DNA of 64,000 bases from Gallionella sp. GTDB lineage: Bacteria; Pseudomonadota; Gammaproteobacteria; Burkholderiales; Gallionellaceae. The stretch is taken from NCBI GenBank assembly GCA_035498295.1, contig DATKAK010000008.1:3433-67432 (forward strand), written 5' to 3'. This document shows positions 30,544-41,227 of this stretch, piece by piece; within the stretch, counting starts at the first letter, position 1; the number at the start of each line of letters is the position of its first letter. The notes under the pieces were generated by a model. That model was not told where the DNA came from and searched no databases. It saw nothing but the letters and a program-made list of their open reading frames with translations. Made by a program: the position numbers and the translations under genes.

Positions 30544-30963
30544 CTATTGGCCCAGCTTTGCCGCAATCTCGCGTTCTGCCGCCGCCCAATGCTCGTCGGA
30601 CCTGCCTTGAAAACCATGTTGCTCGGCGATAAAGTAAGCAGCGGTCTCCACCATGCGATAGCGTTCTTCGGGTGAAGGTTTTGTTACCGGCTTGTTGGCG
30701 GTGGTGGTTTTGCCGGTTGCTGCCTTTATTACGGGAGCTTTGACCTTCGCAGAAGAAGTTGAAGCCCTTTTCACTGCTGGAGCCTTGTTCTTTTTGGTTT
30801 TAGCTGCGGCGGCGGGGGCCTTTGTTGCAGCAACCTTTTTAGTGGACGCTTTGGCCGGAGATTTTGCAGTATTGGTTGTACTGGAAGCAGTACCGCCCGT
30901 CCTGGTTCTGGATTTGCCGCCGGCAACTTTTTTGGCGGCCGATTTCGTCTTTTGGTTTGCCAT
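30544..30963 (-). CDS. Lys/Ala/Thr-rich protein with C-terminal DUF2934 domain
   Basis: ERYRMVETAAYFIAEQHGF....EHWAAAEREI; basic low-complexity N-terminus. Confidence 0.85.
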   Translation of the reverse strand: MANQKTKSAAKKVAGGKSRTRTGGTASSTTNTAKSPAKASTKKVAATKAPAAAAKTKKNKAPAVKRASTSSAKVKAPVIKAATGKTTTANKPVTKPSPEERYRMVETAAYFIAEQHGFQGRSDEHWAAAEREIAAKLGQ

Positions 30964-31148
30964 GATGTCATCCCTTCATATGTCAAAATCAGAAATATGG
31001 AAACCCGGTTGCCGACAATGATATGGATGCAAATCCCGGCAGTCAACAAAATACAATTAATATTTGACGCGCGCCACTCAAGCGACTATGTTTAGCCTGT
31101 CAAGTTTGGGGGTATGGGGATGATCTTCAGACCCGAAAGATAGCATCC

Positions 31149-31622
31149 ATGTCGGCATTGCAAATCTGGGAACTTCTTAGTTATGTGGTGACAGTGGTCG
31201 GTCTGCCGCTTGCGATCGCCGTTTTCATCTTCGAACAGCGCAAAGAGCGCGACAATGAGGAGGAAGAAGTCTATCAGCTGCTTTCCGACAATTATCAGGA
31301 ATTCCTCAAGATCGCACTGGATCATCCCGATCTGCGCCTGTTTTCCCCCGAAGAGACCCCGTCGCTTTCGGCCGAGCAGCAGGAGCGCATGTTCATCATC
31401 TTCAGCATGTTGATCTCTTTATTCGAGCGCGCCTACCTGCTGCTCTACGAAGAAGACATGAAGGAGAAGCAGCTCCGGCGCTGGCGTTCGTGGGAAGACT
31501 ATATGGGTGAGTGGTGCAATCGGGCTGATTTTCGCGCTTCATTGCCGGCGTTGTTGCGCGGCGAAGATCCTGAATTTGCAGGCTACATCAAAAACCTTGC
31601 TGCCGTCAGTCCGGCCGTATAG
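31149..31622 (+). CDS. Hypothetical protein with N-terminal TM helix
   Basis: 157-aa ORF with normal composition, directly upstream of the ParA gene. Confidence 0.7.
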   Translation: MSALQIWELLSYVVTVVGLPLAIAVFIFEQRKERDNEEEEVYQLLSDNYQEFLKIALDHPDLRLFSPEETPSLSAEQQERMFIIFSMLISLFERAYLLLYEEDMKEKQLRRWRSWEDYMGEWCNRADFRASLPALLRGEDPEFAGYIKNLAAVSPAV

Positions 31623-31642
31623 AAACAAAAGGAACGGGTGCG

Positions 31643-32422
31643 ATGCAGACGATACTGGTCATTAATTCGAAAGGAGGCTCTGGCAAGACCACATTGACCA
31701 CCAATCTTGCCAGTTACTATGCAGGCAAGAAATTCCGGACGGCGATCATGGACTACGACCCGCAGGGTTCGAGCATACAGTGGCTGCGGGTACGGCCCGA
31801 CGAGGCGGTGAAGATCCATGGGGCAAACGCCGCGCCCGCAAAGGGAGCCATCCCGTTGCGCAGCACGCATGCATGGGTTCCCGCAGATACCGAAGTCGTG
31901 ATCATTGATGCTCCCGCAGGGGTGAAAGGCCTGTTGCTGCAGGAGATCGTTCGCAAGTCGAATTTTATCGTGATCCCGGTGGCGCCTTCCCCGATCGATA
32001 TTCACGCTACGGCTGATTTCATCAAGGAATTATTCCTGTTCGGCGGAGCGCGCAATGCCAAGTCGAAGATCGCGGTGGTTGCCAACCGGGTGCGCAATTC
32101 GTCCTCTTCGGTCTATGCGTCGCTGGAGCGATTCCTCAATTCCCTCAAGCTTCCTTTTCTCACCAGCATCCACGATTCGGAGAATTATCTCTATGCCGCT
32201 GAGAAAGGGCTGGGAGTATTCGAGATGGACACGGCAGCCACCATCGCGGAAAGACTGGAGCTCATGCCCATCCTGAAATGGCTGAACGGGCAATTCCCGG
32301 AAAAGTTCGGGTCTCGCCTGGAAGATGATGTCTCGAGCGTGGAAGCTTCAAGAAAGTTCGCGATGGGGACGCAGAACTTCACGGTCCTCAGTACCACGGG
32401 AAAATTCAAGAGCAACCCTTGA
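31643..32422 (+). CDS. ParA family ATPase
   Basis: NSKGGSGKTT deviant Walker A, DYDPQGS, IIDAPAG, PSPIDI. Confidence 0.9.
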   Translation: MQTILVINSKGGSGKTTLTTNLASYYAGKKFRTAIMDYDPQGSSIQWLRVRPDEAVKIHGANAAPAKGAIPLRSTHAWVPADTEVVIIDAPAGVKGLLLQEIVRKSNFIVIPVAPSPIDIHATADFIKELFLFGGARNAKSKIAVVANRVRNSSSSVYASLERFLNSLKLPFLTSIHDSENYLYAAEKGLGVFEMDTAATIAERLELMPILKWLNGQFPEKFGSRLEDDVSSVEASRKFAMGTQNFTVLSTTGKFKSNP

Positions 32423-32573
32423 TATTTCCCTGGCGCAACGTCTGACTCATTGTGAATGGATTCATTTTCGTCCGGGGAGAATCCTTCGATTAACCCCGGA
32501 GTATGCTGCCGGACTGCCCGGGGCGCTTGGCAAAATGACCCGATTGTCGTAATGCAGTTTTGCCGCTTCCCGA

Positions 32574-33686
32574 TCATACTTGCTGGCTGCGTAACTCCAC
32601 ACGCTTCAGATAGGCCTCGCGCGCGATCTGCACGTCTTCCAGAAAATACGGCAATTCCTTCAGCAGCATCGCCTGCGGTCCATCCACCAAAGCTTTTGTC
32701 GGCTCGGGATGGAAGTCCACCAGCACCATGTTCGCGCCGGCGATCACGCCTTGCGCGGTGACGTGCATCATGTCGAGGATTCCATCCGGCGCGGCCGCAC
32801 GCGACCCGACCGAGTGCGACGGATCGATGCATACCGGCATGCGCGTCAAGCGCTTGACCACGGGTACATGCGCGAAATCGACGAAGTTGCGGTGCGGGTC
32901 GCCCATGTTGGTCTTCATCCCGCGCAAGCCGAACACCACATTGCGGTTGCCTTCTGAAGCGAGGTATTCGGCCGCATTCAGCGATTCGTCCAGCGTGATG
33001 CCGAAGCCGCGCTTGAGCAGGATGGGCATCTCGGTCTGCCGCCCGACGATCTTGAGCAACTCGAAGTTCTGCGTGTTGCGCGTGCCGATCTGCAGCATCA
33101 CGCCGGTCGGGTTGCCGGTCTGGTGCAGCGCCTCCCTGATCTCGTTAAGGTGCGATTCGTGGGTGATCTCCATCGCGATCACCTTGATGCCGTACTTTCC
33201 CGCCAGCTCGAACACATAGGGCAGGCAGTATTTGCCGTGGCCCTGGAACGCATACGGGCTGGTGCGCGGCTTGTATGCGCCCATGCGTGTGCATACCTGA
33301 CCGCAGTCGTGCACCGCCTTCATCATGATCTCGACATGCTCGCGGGTATCTACCGCACACAGGCCGGCAAACACGTTCAGGGTATCCTGGCCGAAGCGCA
33401 CGCCGTTATATTCGAAGTGAGTGGGACGCTGATCGTCCTTGTGCCGTCCCAGGATGCGGTACTCCTCGGAAACCCGCACCACGCGCTCGACACAGGGCAG
33501 ATTCTGCATGTCCTCGATGTCCAGAGCCTTCGTGTTGCCGATCAGGTAGACCTCGGTCAGCGTCTGCTCGGCCCCGTGTTCCTTGTGCACGCGTGTCTGG
33601 ATGCCGGGCAGCGAAGCGAGGTGAGACAGCAACTGCCGGTATTCCGGCGCCTGTTCAGTGACTTTGGAATTCAGAATCAATATCAT
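32574..33686 (-). CDS. aroF: 3-deoxy-7-phosphoheptulonate (DAHP) synthase, type I-beta with N-terminal regulatory domain
   Basis: AGLCAV, GAYKPRTSPYAFQG, QIGTRN, LLKRG, DPSH, DGPQ. Confidence 0.88.
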   Translation of the reverse strand: MILILNSKVTEQAPEYRQLLSHLASLPGIQTRVHKEHGAEQTLTEVYLIGNTKALDIEDMQNLPCVERVVRVSEEYRILGRHKDDQRPTHFEYNGVRFGQDTLNVFAGLCAVDTREHVEIMMKAVHDCGQVCTRMGAYKPRTSPYAFQGHGKYCLPYVFELAGKYGIKVIAMEITHESHLNEIREALHQTGNPTGVMLQIGTRNTQNFELLKIVGRQTEMPILLKRGFGITLDESLNAAEYLASEGNRNVVFGLRGMKTNMGDPHRNFVDFAHVPVVKRLTRMPVCIDPSHSVGSRAAAPDGILDMMHVTAQGVIAGANMVLVDFHPEPTKALVDGPQAMLLKELPYFLEDVQIAREAYLKRVELRSQQV

Positions 33687-33699
33687 TTGCTGTTCCCGA

Positions 33700-34284
33700 T
33701 TATCTGTGCAACAAAATGGCGGACTGTGCGGCCCATTGGGCCATGGGTTCGCGCGTGAAACCGCTCTTGGCGAACTCGGCCCAGCGGCCGATCACATAGC
33801 AGACCAGCACATTCGCGTGCGCGCCGACATCTACCGCTGTCCCCATTTCTCCTTGTGTGGCGGCCATGCGCAACGATTGCTTGAGCGTGGCCTCGATGCG
33901 ATCCAGCAGCTGGTTGATACGCTGCTGCAAACGCTCATTTTCATTGACCAGCGCATCCCCCGTCAGAACGCGCGTCATTCCGCGGTTCTTTTGCGCGAAG
34001 CCGAGCAGCAACGATACGATCCCTTCCACTTGCTTCACGCCGCTCTTTTCTTCCTGGGTGATCTTGTTGATCAGCCCGAACACGGTCTGTTCGATGAACT
34101 CGATCAGACCTTCGAACATTTGCGCCTTGCTGGCGAAATGGCGATACAGGGCCGCCTCTGAAATATCCAGCCGTTCCGCCAATGCCGCAGTGGTGATCTT
34201 CTCGCTCTTGGGCTGCTCCAGCATCTGTGCGACTGTTTGCAATATCTGCAGCTTTCTTTCACCCGGTTTGCTTGTCATGTTCAC
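33700..34284 (-). CDS. slmA: Nucleoid occlusion factor SlmA (TetR family)
   Basis: ITTAALA...SEAALYRHFASKAQMFEGLIEFIE. Confidence 0.93.
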   Translation of the reverse strand: MNMTSKPGERKLQILQTVAQMLEQPKSEKITTAALAERLDISEAALYRHFASKAQMFEGLIEFIEQTVFGLINKITQEEKSGVKQVEGIVSLLLGFAQKNRGMTRVLTGDALVNENERLQQRINQLLDRIEATLKQSLRMAATQGEMGTAVDVGAHANVLVCYVIGRWAEFAKSGFTREPMAQWAAQSAILLHR

Positions 34285-34285
34285 C

Positions 34286-34930
34286 TCACTTTATCAAGCG
34301 GCCCAACTCTCGCTGCAGCTGCATCACATCGCGAATCTTCACATCCACGCTGGGCGATCTTTGGTGACCTTTGTTTACCCACACCGTGCGCATCCCGAGC
34401 CGTTTGGCCGCATCAAGATTATCAAGGCTGTCCTCGATCATCACACATTGCTGCGCCTTCACCCGATGCCTTTTCAACAGGCGCATGAAGCCGAAGTGAT
34501 CGGGTTTGGGGCGATAGCGCGTTTGCTCCACCGTCATCACGTCGTCGAACAAATCGTCCACCCGCAACAGCTTCAGCACCGCATGCGCGTAGTGTTGCGG
34601 CGAGTTCGAAAACACTACCTTTCTGCCCGGCAAGGCCTTCAACACGTGGCGCAATCGCGGCACGCGCAGCACCATCCGGTCCAATTCCGGAAACCGGTGC
34701 GTGTGCCACAAAAAATGTTCCGGGTCCGTGCCGTGATGTCGCATCAATCCGCTCAAGGTCGCTCCATAACGCCGCCAGTAATGCTCGCGCAGTTCGTTCG
34801 CTCCGGCCTCATCGAGATGCAGATGCTGCTGCACATATGTCGTCATGCTGCGGTTGATGTGCGGAAAGATATGCGGACTCGCATTATGCAGCGTGTTGTC
34901 CAGATCAAAAATCCAAAACCGCCCATTCAT
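34286..34930 (-). CDS. Pyrimidine 5'-nucleotidase (HAD family)
   Basis: WIFDLDNTLH, YGATL.GL, KP, EDSLDNL; between argB and slmA. Confidence 0.9.
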   Translation of the reverse strand: MNGRFWIFDLDNTLHNASPHIFPHINRSMTTYVQQHLHLDEAGANELREHYWRRYGATLSGLMRHHGTDPEHFLWHTHRFPELDRMVLRVPRLRHVLKALPGRKVVFSNSPQHYAHAVLKLLRVDDLFDDVMTVEQTRYRPKPDHFGFMRLLKRHRVKAQQCVMIEDSLDNLDAAKRLGMRTVWVNKGHQRSPSVDVKIRDVMQLQRELGRLIK

Positions 34931-34934
34931 TCTC

Positions 34935-35077
34935 AAAGACCTCTGTACAACGTAGCGAGCGAAGCTGAGGCAAGGCAAAAAATGGCGAAAAACCGCAGTT
35001 TACAAACTAGTAAATGAGGATTTCGAGCCATTTTTTTAACGCAGCATCAGCGAGCGCAGTAGTTGTGCAGAGGTCTT

Positions 35078-35078
<1 letters not shown>
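34935..35078. repeat. 144-bp palindromic MITE/RPE-like element
   Basis: Terminal IR AAAGACCTCTGTACAAC / GTTGTGCAGAGGTCTTT (16 of 17 match); inner IR AAAAAATGGC/GCCATTTTTT and TTTAC/GTAAA. Confidence 0.8.
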
Positions 35079-35992
<914 letters not shown>

Positions 35993-36020
35993 TTACACCA
36001 GAAGAAGAATTGCAGGGCTG

Positions 36021-36053
36021 AAAAATAAATCAGGCGGCCCGCGCCGCCTGATT
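36021..36053 (-). terminator. Rho-independent terminator after the copper chaperone gene
   Basis: AATCAGGCGG/CCGCCTGATT stem followed by TATTTTT on the minus strand. Confidence 0.75.
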
Positions 36054-36075
36054 ATCCAAGGAAGCCAATGCTTAC

Positions 36076-36558
36076 TCAGTAACCGCTTTGCTGCATCTCA
36101 TCCGTCATCGGTTTTGCTGCGGTCAGCGGCCTCACATCGGCTGAGGCCTCGATTTTAACCGTGTGGTTCGATACTTGGATTTCCAGCGTCAACGGCACTC
36201 TTTCACCCGGCCTGAGCGGGGCCTTGAGCCCGGTCAGCATCAGGTGAAAGCCGCTTTCGCCGAGGTTGACCGGCTTGCCGGCCGGCAGCGCGATGCCGGG
36301 AACTCCCCGCATTTTCATCATGCCGCTGTCATGAGCCATCATCATGCTGTGCAGTTCGATGGATGCACAGGCGGGGCTGGATGCTCCCGCCAATTGCGCA
36401 TCCTGTTTGCTGGTAATGGTCAGGTCTACGCTAGCCGTGTCTTGCCCGGGTGCGGTGGCACGGGCCCAGGCATTTTCGACTTGAATATCTCCAGCGAAAA
36501 CGCCGGCACTTATCAGCAGAGCTGCCAGCAACCCTCCGATCCGGAACAATATGGACAT
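36076..36558 (-). CDS. Copper chaperone PCu(A)C
   Basis: Signal peptide; VENAWARAT, ELH..MMKMR, GFHLML. Confidence 0.9.
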   Translation of the reverse strand: MSILFRIGGLLAALLISAGVFAGDIQVENAWARATAPGQDTASVDLTITSKQDAQLAGASSPACASIELHSMMMAHDSGMMKMRGVPGIALPAGKPVNLGESGFHLMLTGLKAPLRPGERVPLTLEIQVSNHTVKIEASADVRPLTAAKPMTDEMQQSGY

Positions 36559-36680
36559 GTTGATCTCCAGTGGGCGAAAAATATGGGAGGACGAATTATA
36601 CGCATTATCGGAAATGCACGGATTGCTATCACTGGCATCACCGCGTGACTATAATTGCACCCTCAAATACGTTCCAGATT

Positions 36681-37814
36681 ATGAAGCTCATTCCATTGCT
36701 GTTCATTCTGCTGCCCGTGCTCGCATACGCAGAACCGGATCTTATGCCGCTAGTGCCGCAATTGGCCGCCAAGTCTTATCTGTTGTATGACTATACCAGC
36801 AAACAAATTCTGGTCGATCAAAACGGGGATGAACGCTTGGAGCCCGCCTCACTGACCAAGCTGATGACAGCCTATCTGGCATTTGATGCCATAAAATACG
36901 GTACATTATCGCTGAAGCAAAAACTGAACGTTCCTGCAGCTGCGGTGCGCAGCACCAGTGAAGAATCACGCATGCTGCTCAAGGCCGGCCAATCCGTCAC
37001 AGTGGACGAACTTTTGCACGGGATGATAGTGGATTCCGGCAATGATGCGGCCATCACCCTGGCGGTCAATATCGCGGGGAGCGAAGCGGGTTTTGTAGAC
37101 ATGATGAACCAGGAGGCAAAACGCTTGGGAATGAATAATACGCATTTTACCAATCCGGTAGGACTGTCGGACGCGCAACACTACACCAGTGCTTCCGACC
37201 TTGCCGTGCTTGCATCCGCCATCCTGAATGATTATCCGCAGTACTATCCGATGTTTTCCTTGCGCAACTACACTTTCAACAACATCGCCCAGGGCAATCG
37301 CAATCGCCTGCTGTGGATGGATCCGTATGTGGACGGGATCAAGACCGGACATACCGAGTCGGCCGGATATTGTCTGGTCGGGTCGGCTGTTCGCGATAAT
37401 CACAGGCTGATTTCTGTGTTGTTTGGCGCCGATTCCGATCGGTTGCGCGCCTCAGAAAGCCAGAGACTGCTGAATTTCGGATTTCAGCATTTTGATGTCG
37501 CGAGTCTTTACCAAAAGGATCAGCCCGTCGCCCGGCTCCGCATCTGGAAGGGTACCGATAGTCACATCGGGGTCGGTTTCCGCAGGGATCTGTTCGTGAC
37601 CATTCCGAAAGGCACATTTTCCCAGCTTGAAGCGAAGATGGAAACGCATCAGCCCATTCTCGCACCGGTCGCCGGAGGCCAACAGCTGGGGGTCCTCAAG
37701 CTGACACTCGCAGGCAAACCCTATGCGGAATTTCCCCTGGTGGCGTTGGAGAGCGTGCCGCTGGCGAATGTATTCTCGCGCGGCTGGGACAGCATCCGCC
37801 TGTTGTTTGAATAG
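36681..37814 (+). CDS. dacA: D-alanyl-D-alanine carboxypeptidase (PBP5/6)
   Basis: SLTK, SGN and KTG motifs; signal peptide. Confidence 0.92.
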   Translation: MKLIPLLFILLPVLAYAEPDLMPLVPQLAAKSYLLYDYTSKQILVDQNGDERLEPASLTKLMTAYLAFDAIKYGTLSLKQKLNVPAAAVRSTSEESRMLLKAGQSVTVDELLHGMIVDSGNDAAITLAVNIAGSEAGFVDMMNQEAKRLGMNNTHFTNPVGLSDAQHYTSASDLAVLASAILNDYPQYYPMFSLRNYTFNNIAQGNRNRLLWMDPYVDGIKTGHTESAGYCLVGSAVRDNHRLISVLFGADSDRLRASESQRLLNFGFQHFDVASLYQKDQPVARLRIWKGTDSHIGVGFRRDLFVTIPKGTFSQLEAKMETHQPILAPVAGGQQLGVLKLTLAGKPYAEFPLVALESVPLANVFSRGWDSIRLLFE

Positions 37815-37824
37815 GCAAACAAGC

Positions 37825-38697
37825 ATGACGATCTATCTGAACGGGCAATACATGCCGATCAAAGAAGCAAAAATTTCCGTGCTCGATCGCGGCTTCATAT
37901 TCGGCGACGGCGTATATGAAGTGATTCCGGTGTATTCCCGCCGCGCATTCCGCCTGGCTGAACATTTGCGCCGCCTGCAGCACAGCCTGGACGGGATACG
38001 CCTGAAGAATCCGCACAGCAAGGCCGAGTGGAAAAAGATCATCGATGATCTCGTCGCGCGCAATTCCGGCGATGATCAGTATCTCTATCTGCACATTACG
38101 CGCGGTGTGGCGAAGCGCGATCACGCCTTCCCGAGCCCGCCGGTCAAGCCCACCGTGTTCCTGATGAGCAATCCGCTGCCCGTTCCGCCTGCCGCACAGT
38201 TGCAAAGCGGCGTATGCGCGGTGACCGCGGAGGACAACCGCTGGCTGCGCTGTGACATCAAGGCGATCGCGCTTTTGCCGAATGTACTGTTGCGCCAGGT
38301 GGCGGTCGATGCGGGCTGCGCGGAGACGATCCTGATCAGGGCCAAATCCAAGAACGAAGGCGCATTCATGACCGAAGGAGCGGCCAGCAACATCTTTGTG
38401 GTGAAGGACGGCAAGCTGCTCGCGCCACCCAAGGACAACCTGATGCTGCCCGGTATTACCTACGATGTGATATTGGAGATCGCCGCCGCAAACGCCATCC
38501 CGCATGAAGTGCGCAGAATCCCGGTCCAGGACGTTTTTTCCGCCGATGAACTTCTTCTCACTTCCTCCACCAAAGAAGTTCTGGCAATTACACTGCTGGA
38601 TGGCAAACCGGTTGGTACCGGAAAACCCGGTGCGATGTTCGCCAGGCTGCACGGTTTGTACCAGGAATTCAAACGCGATGTGATGCGCGCCGGATGA
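37825..38697 (+). CDS. dat: D-amino acid aminotransferase (class IV)
   Basis: LDRGFIFGDGVYE, RWLRCDIK, TEGAASN, LPGIT. Confidence 0.9.
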   Translation: MTIYLNGQYMPIKEAKISVLDRGFIFGDGVYEVIPVYSRRAFRLAEHLRRLQHSLDGIRLKNPHSKAEWKKIIDDLVARNSGDDQYLYLHITRGVAKRDHAFPSPPVKPTVFLMSNPLPVPPAAQLQSGVCAVTAEDNRWLRCDIKAIALLPNVLLRQVAVDAGCAETILIRAKSKNEGAFMTEGAASNIFVVKDGKLLAPPKDNLMLPGITYDVILEIAAANAIPHEVRRIPVQDVFSADELLLTSSTKEVLAITLLDGKPVGTGKPGAMFARLHGLYQEFKRDVMRAG

Positions 38698-38707
38698 ACA
38701 GGTGACG

Positions 38708-38992
38708 ATGAAAGAATTTCCCAAAATCGAATTGAGCGACAGTCTGATCGAATATCCGTGTGATTTTCCAATCAAGATATTCGGGCGGCGGCAGGCGGGT
38801 TTCGCGCAAGCCGTGCTGGAAGTGGTCAACAAGCATGATCCCGGATTTCTCGCTTCCACGATGGAAATGCGTGCCAGCAGAAACGCTCGCTACATCAGCC
38901 TGACCTGCACGGTGCGCGCCACCTCGCGTGTGCAGCTCGATGCGCTGTATCAGGATTTGTGCGACCATCCCCTGATCGTGATGGTACTATGA
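38708..38992 (+). CDS. ybeD: YbeD/DUF493 family protein
   Basis: [27 protein letters not shown]; between dat and lipB. Confidence 0.9.
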   Translation: MKEFPKIELSDSLIEYPCDFPIKIFGRRQAGFAQAVLEVVNKHDPGFLASTMEMRASRNARYISLTCTVRATSRVQLDALYQDLCDHPLIVMVL

Positions 38993-39696
38993 CAAGGCAG
39001 GTGCAAGGGACGAGGGAGAAGAGACAAGACGAACCTTCCAGACTTGTCCATGTTTCGCCGCCCGCCATACACTCGCTGGGACTGGTCGAATATCGATCCA
39101 CATGGGAGGCGATGAGGCGGTTTACCGCGGAGCGGTCAGCCAATACCCGCGACGAGATCTGGCTGGTGCAACATCCGCCCATCTACACGCAAGGCTTGTC
39201 GGGGAAACCGGAACACTTGCTGCATGACACCGGCATCCCCGTCGTCAGGATCGATCGGGGCGGGCAGATCACTTACCATGGTCCCGGGCAGATCGTCGCG
39301 TATATCCTGCTCGACATGCGCCGCTGGAAAATAGCCGTGCGCGAACTGGTGCGTTTGATGGAGCAGGCCGTGATAGATCTGCTGGCTGAATTCGGCGTTC
39401 CAGCGGCAGGCCGTGAAGACGCGCCGGGTGTGTATGTGGGCGATGCAAAGATTGCGGCGCTGGGTTTGAAGATCAAGAATGGCTATTGCTACCATGGCCT
39501 CTCGTTCAATGTGGACATGGACCTGGCGCCGTTCAACAACATCAATCCTTGCGGCCATCCCGGACTTGGCGTAACGCAGGCCTGCGAACAGGGTATCACC
39601 GTTTCGATCAACGAACTGCAGGCGCAATTGGCGCAGAATCTGGTCCATGGGTTACAACGGCATCTGGAAAGCAGGCAAAGCAATGAACATATCTGA
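38989..39696 (+). CDS. lipB: Octanoyltransferase LipB
   Basis: [31 protein letters not shown]. Confidence 0.94.
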   Translation: MTRQVQGTREKRQDEPSRLVHVSPPAIHSLGLVEYRSTWEAMRRFTAERSANTRDEIWLVQHPPIYTQGLSGKPEHLLHDTGIPVVRIDRGGQITYHGPGQIVAYILLDMRRWKIAVRELVRLMEQAVIDLLAEFGVPAAGREDAPGVYVGDAKIAALGLKIKNGYCYHGLSFNVDMDLAPFNNINPCGHPGLGVTQACEQGITVSINELQAQLAQNLVHGLQRHLESRQSNEHI

Positions 39697-40651
39697 GCAA
39701 AAACGAACCGCGGCGGCCCCACGGCAAAGCGGCAAACAGAAGACCGCGCGCAACCCGATCAAGATCGTGCCGTTGCAGGAACGTCTGCGCAAACCGGACT
39801 GGATACGCGTGAAGTCCGGAAGCGGCCAGGGATATCACGACGTGAAGCGCATGCTGCGTGAACACGGACTGCACACGGTGTGCGAAGAAGCTTCCTGCCC
39901 GAATATCGGGGAATGTTTCGGCAAGGGCACGGCTACGTTCATGATTCTCGGTGATCTGTGCACGCGGCGCTGTCCGTTTTGCGACGTGGCACACGGCAAA
40001 CCATTGCCTCCGGATGTAAACGAGCCCGATAATCTGGCGCGTTCGATCGGTCTGCTCAGACTCAATTACGTTGTTATCACCAGTGTGGATCGGGACGATC
40101 TGCGCGATGGCGGAGCTCGGCATTTTTCCGATTGCCTGGCAGCGATACGCGCAAGTTCACCCTCGACTCGCCTGGAGATCCTGGTGCCGGATTTTCGCGG
40201 CAGGCTGGACGAGGCGCTGGACGCGCTTTCCGCCTGCCCGCCGGATGTGCTGAACCACAATCTGGAAACCGTGCCGCGCCTGTATAAACTGGCGCGGCCG
40301 GGCGCGGACTATACGCACTCACTGAAGCTTCTCAAGGATTTCAAGGCACGTTTTCCGCATATCCCGACCAAGTCCGGTTTGATGTTGGGACTGGGCGAGA
40401 ACGATGAGGAAGTGTTGGAAGTGATGCGCGACCTGCGCGAGCACGAAGTGAACATGCTCACGATCGGCCAGTATCTGCAGCCGTCTGAAGGTCATTTGCC
40501 GGTGCTGCGTTATGTCCCTCCGGAATCCTTTGCGATGTTCGAGCAGGCTGCCAGGGAAATGGGTTTCAGCCATGCAGCTTGCGGCCCCATGGTGCGAAGC
40601 AGCTATTTTGCCGATGAACAGGCGCATCAGGCCGGGGTTCTTGGGACATAG
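39683..40651 (+). CDS. lipA: Lipoyl synthase
   Basis: [25 protein letters not shown]. Confidence 0.96.
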   Translation: MNISEQKRTAAAPRQSGKQKTARNPIKIVPLQERLRKPDWIRVKSGSGQGYHDVKRMLREHGLHTVCEEASCPNIGECFGKGTATFMILGDLCTRRCPFCDVAHGKPLPPDVNEPDNLARSIGLLRLNYVVITSVDRDDLRDGGARHFSDCLAAIRASSPSTRLEILVPDFRGRLDEALDALSACPPDVLNHNLETVPRLYKLARPGADYTHSLKLLKDFKARFPHIPTKSGLMLGLGENDEEVLEVMRDLREHEVNMLTIGQYLQPSEGHLPVLRYVPPESFAMFEQAAREMGFSHAACGPMVRSSYFADEQAHQAGVLGT

Positions 40652-40710
40652 AATGCATGTATTTTCTCGCAACAGGGGTTACCAAAGGACACCGTGTTAA
40701 ACTCCATTCC

Positions 40711-41062
40711 GAAGCTGGCCAGGCAGTCGCTGCGTACCTTGTGTGCGGAGAGGAAAGTCCGGGCTCCACAGAGCAGGATGCCGGTTAACGACCGGACACC
40801 GTGAGGTGATGGAAAGTGCCACAGAAAACATACCGCCGATGGCCGCGCGAGCGGATCAGGCAAGGTTGAAATGGCGAGGCAAGAGCTCACCGCGCTGGTG
40901 GCAACATCAACGGCAGGGCAAACCCCATCCGGAGCAAGATCAAATAGGCTGACCATGGCGTTGCTCGCGCCGTCGGCGGGTAGATTGCTTGAGCGTCAGG
41001 TAACGAAACGCCTAGAGGAATGACTGTCCACGACAGAACCCGGCTTATCGGCCAGCTTCACC
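40711..41062 (+). ncRNA. rnpB: RNase P RNA, bacterial type A
   Basis: GAGGAAAGTCCGGGCTC and ACAGAACCCGGCTTAT conserved boxes; P1 pairing GAAGCTGGCC/GGCCAGCTTC. Confidence 0.97.
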
Positions 41063-41227
41063 CTAATTCAACAGATCGATTTGTTGACTGCAATCCTTGT
41101 TCACGCAATATGTGGCTCAGGCGTCGGGATTACGCGGAATTGCGGGAGCGCGACGGTGAACAAGTCGCACTTGACAATCGATCGCCCGGACCAACATACG
41201 AACGCTGATTGATACAGGATTTCGCGC

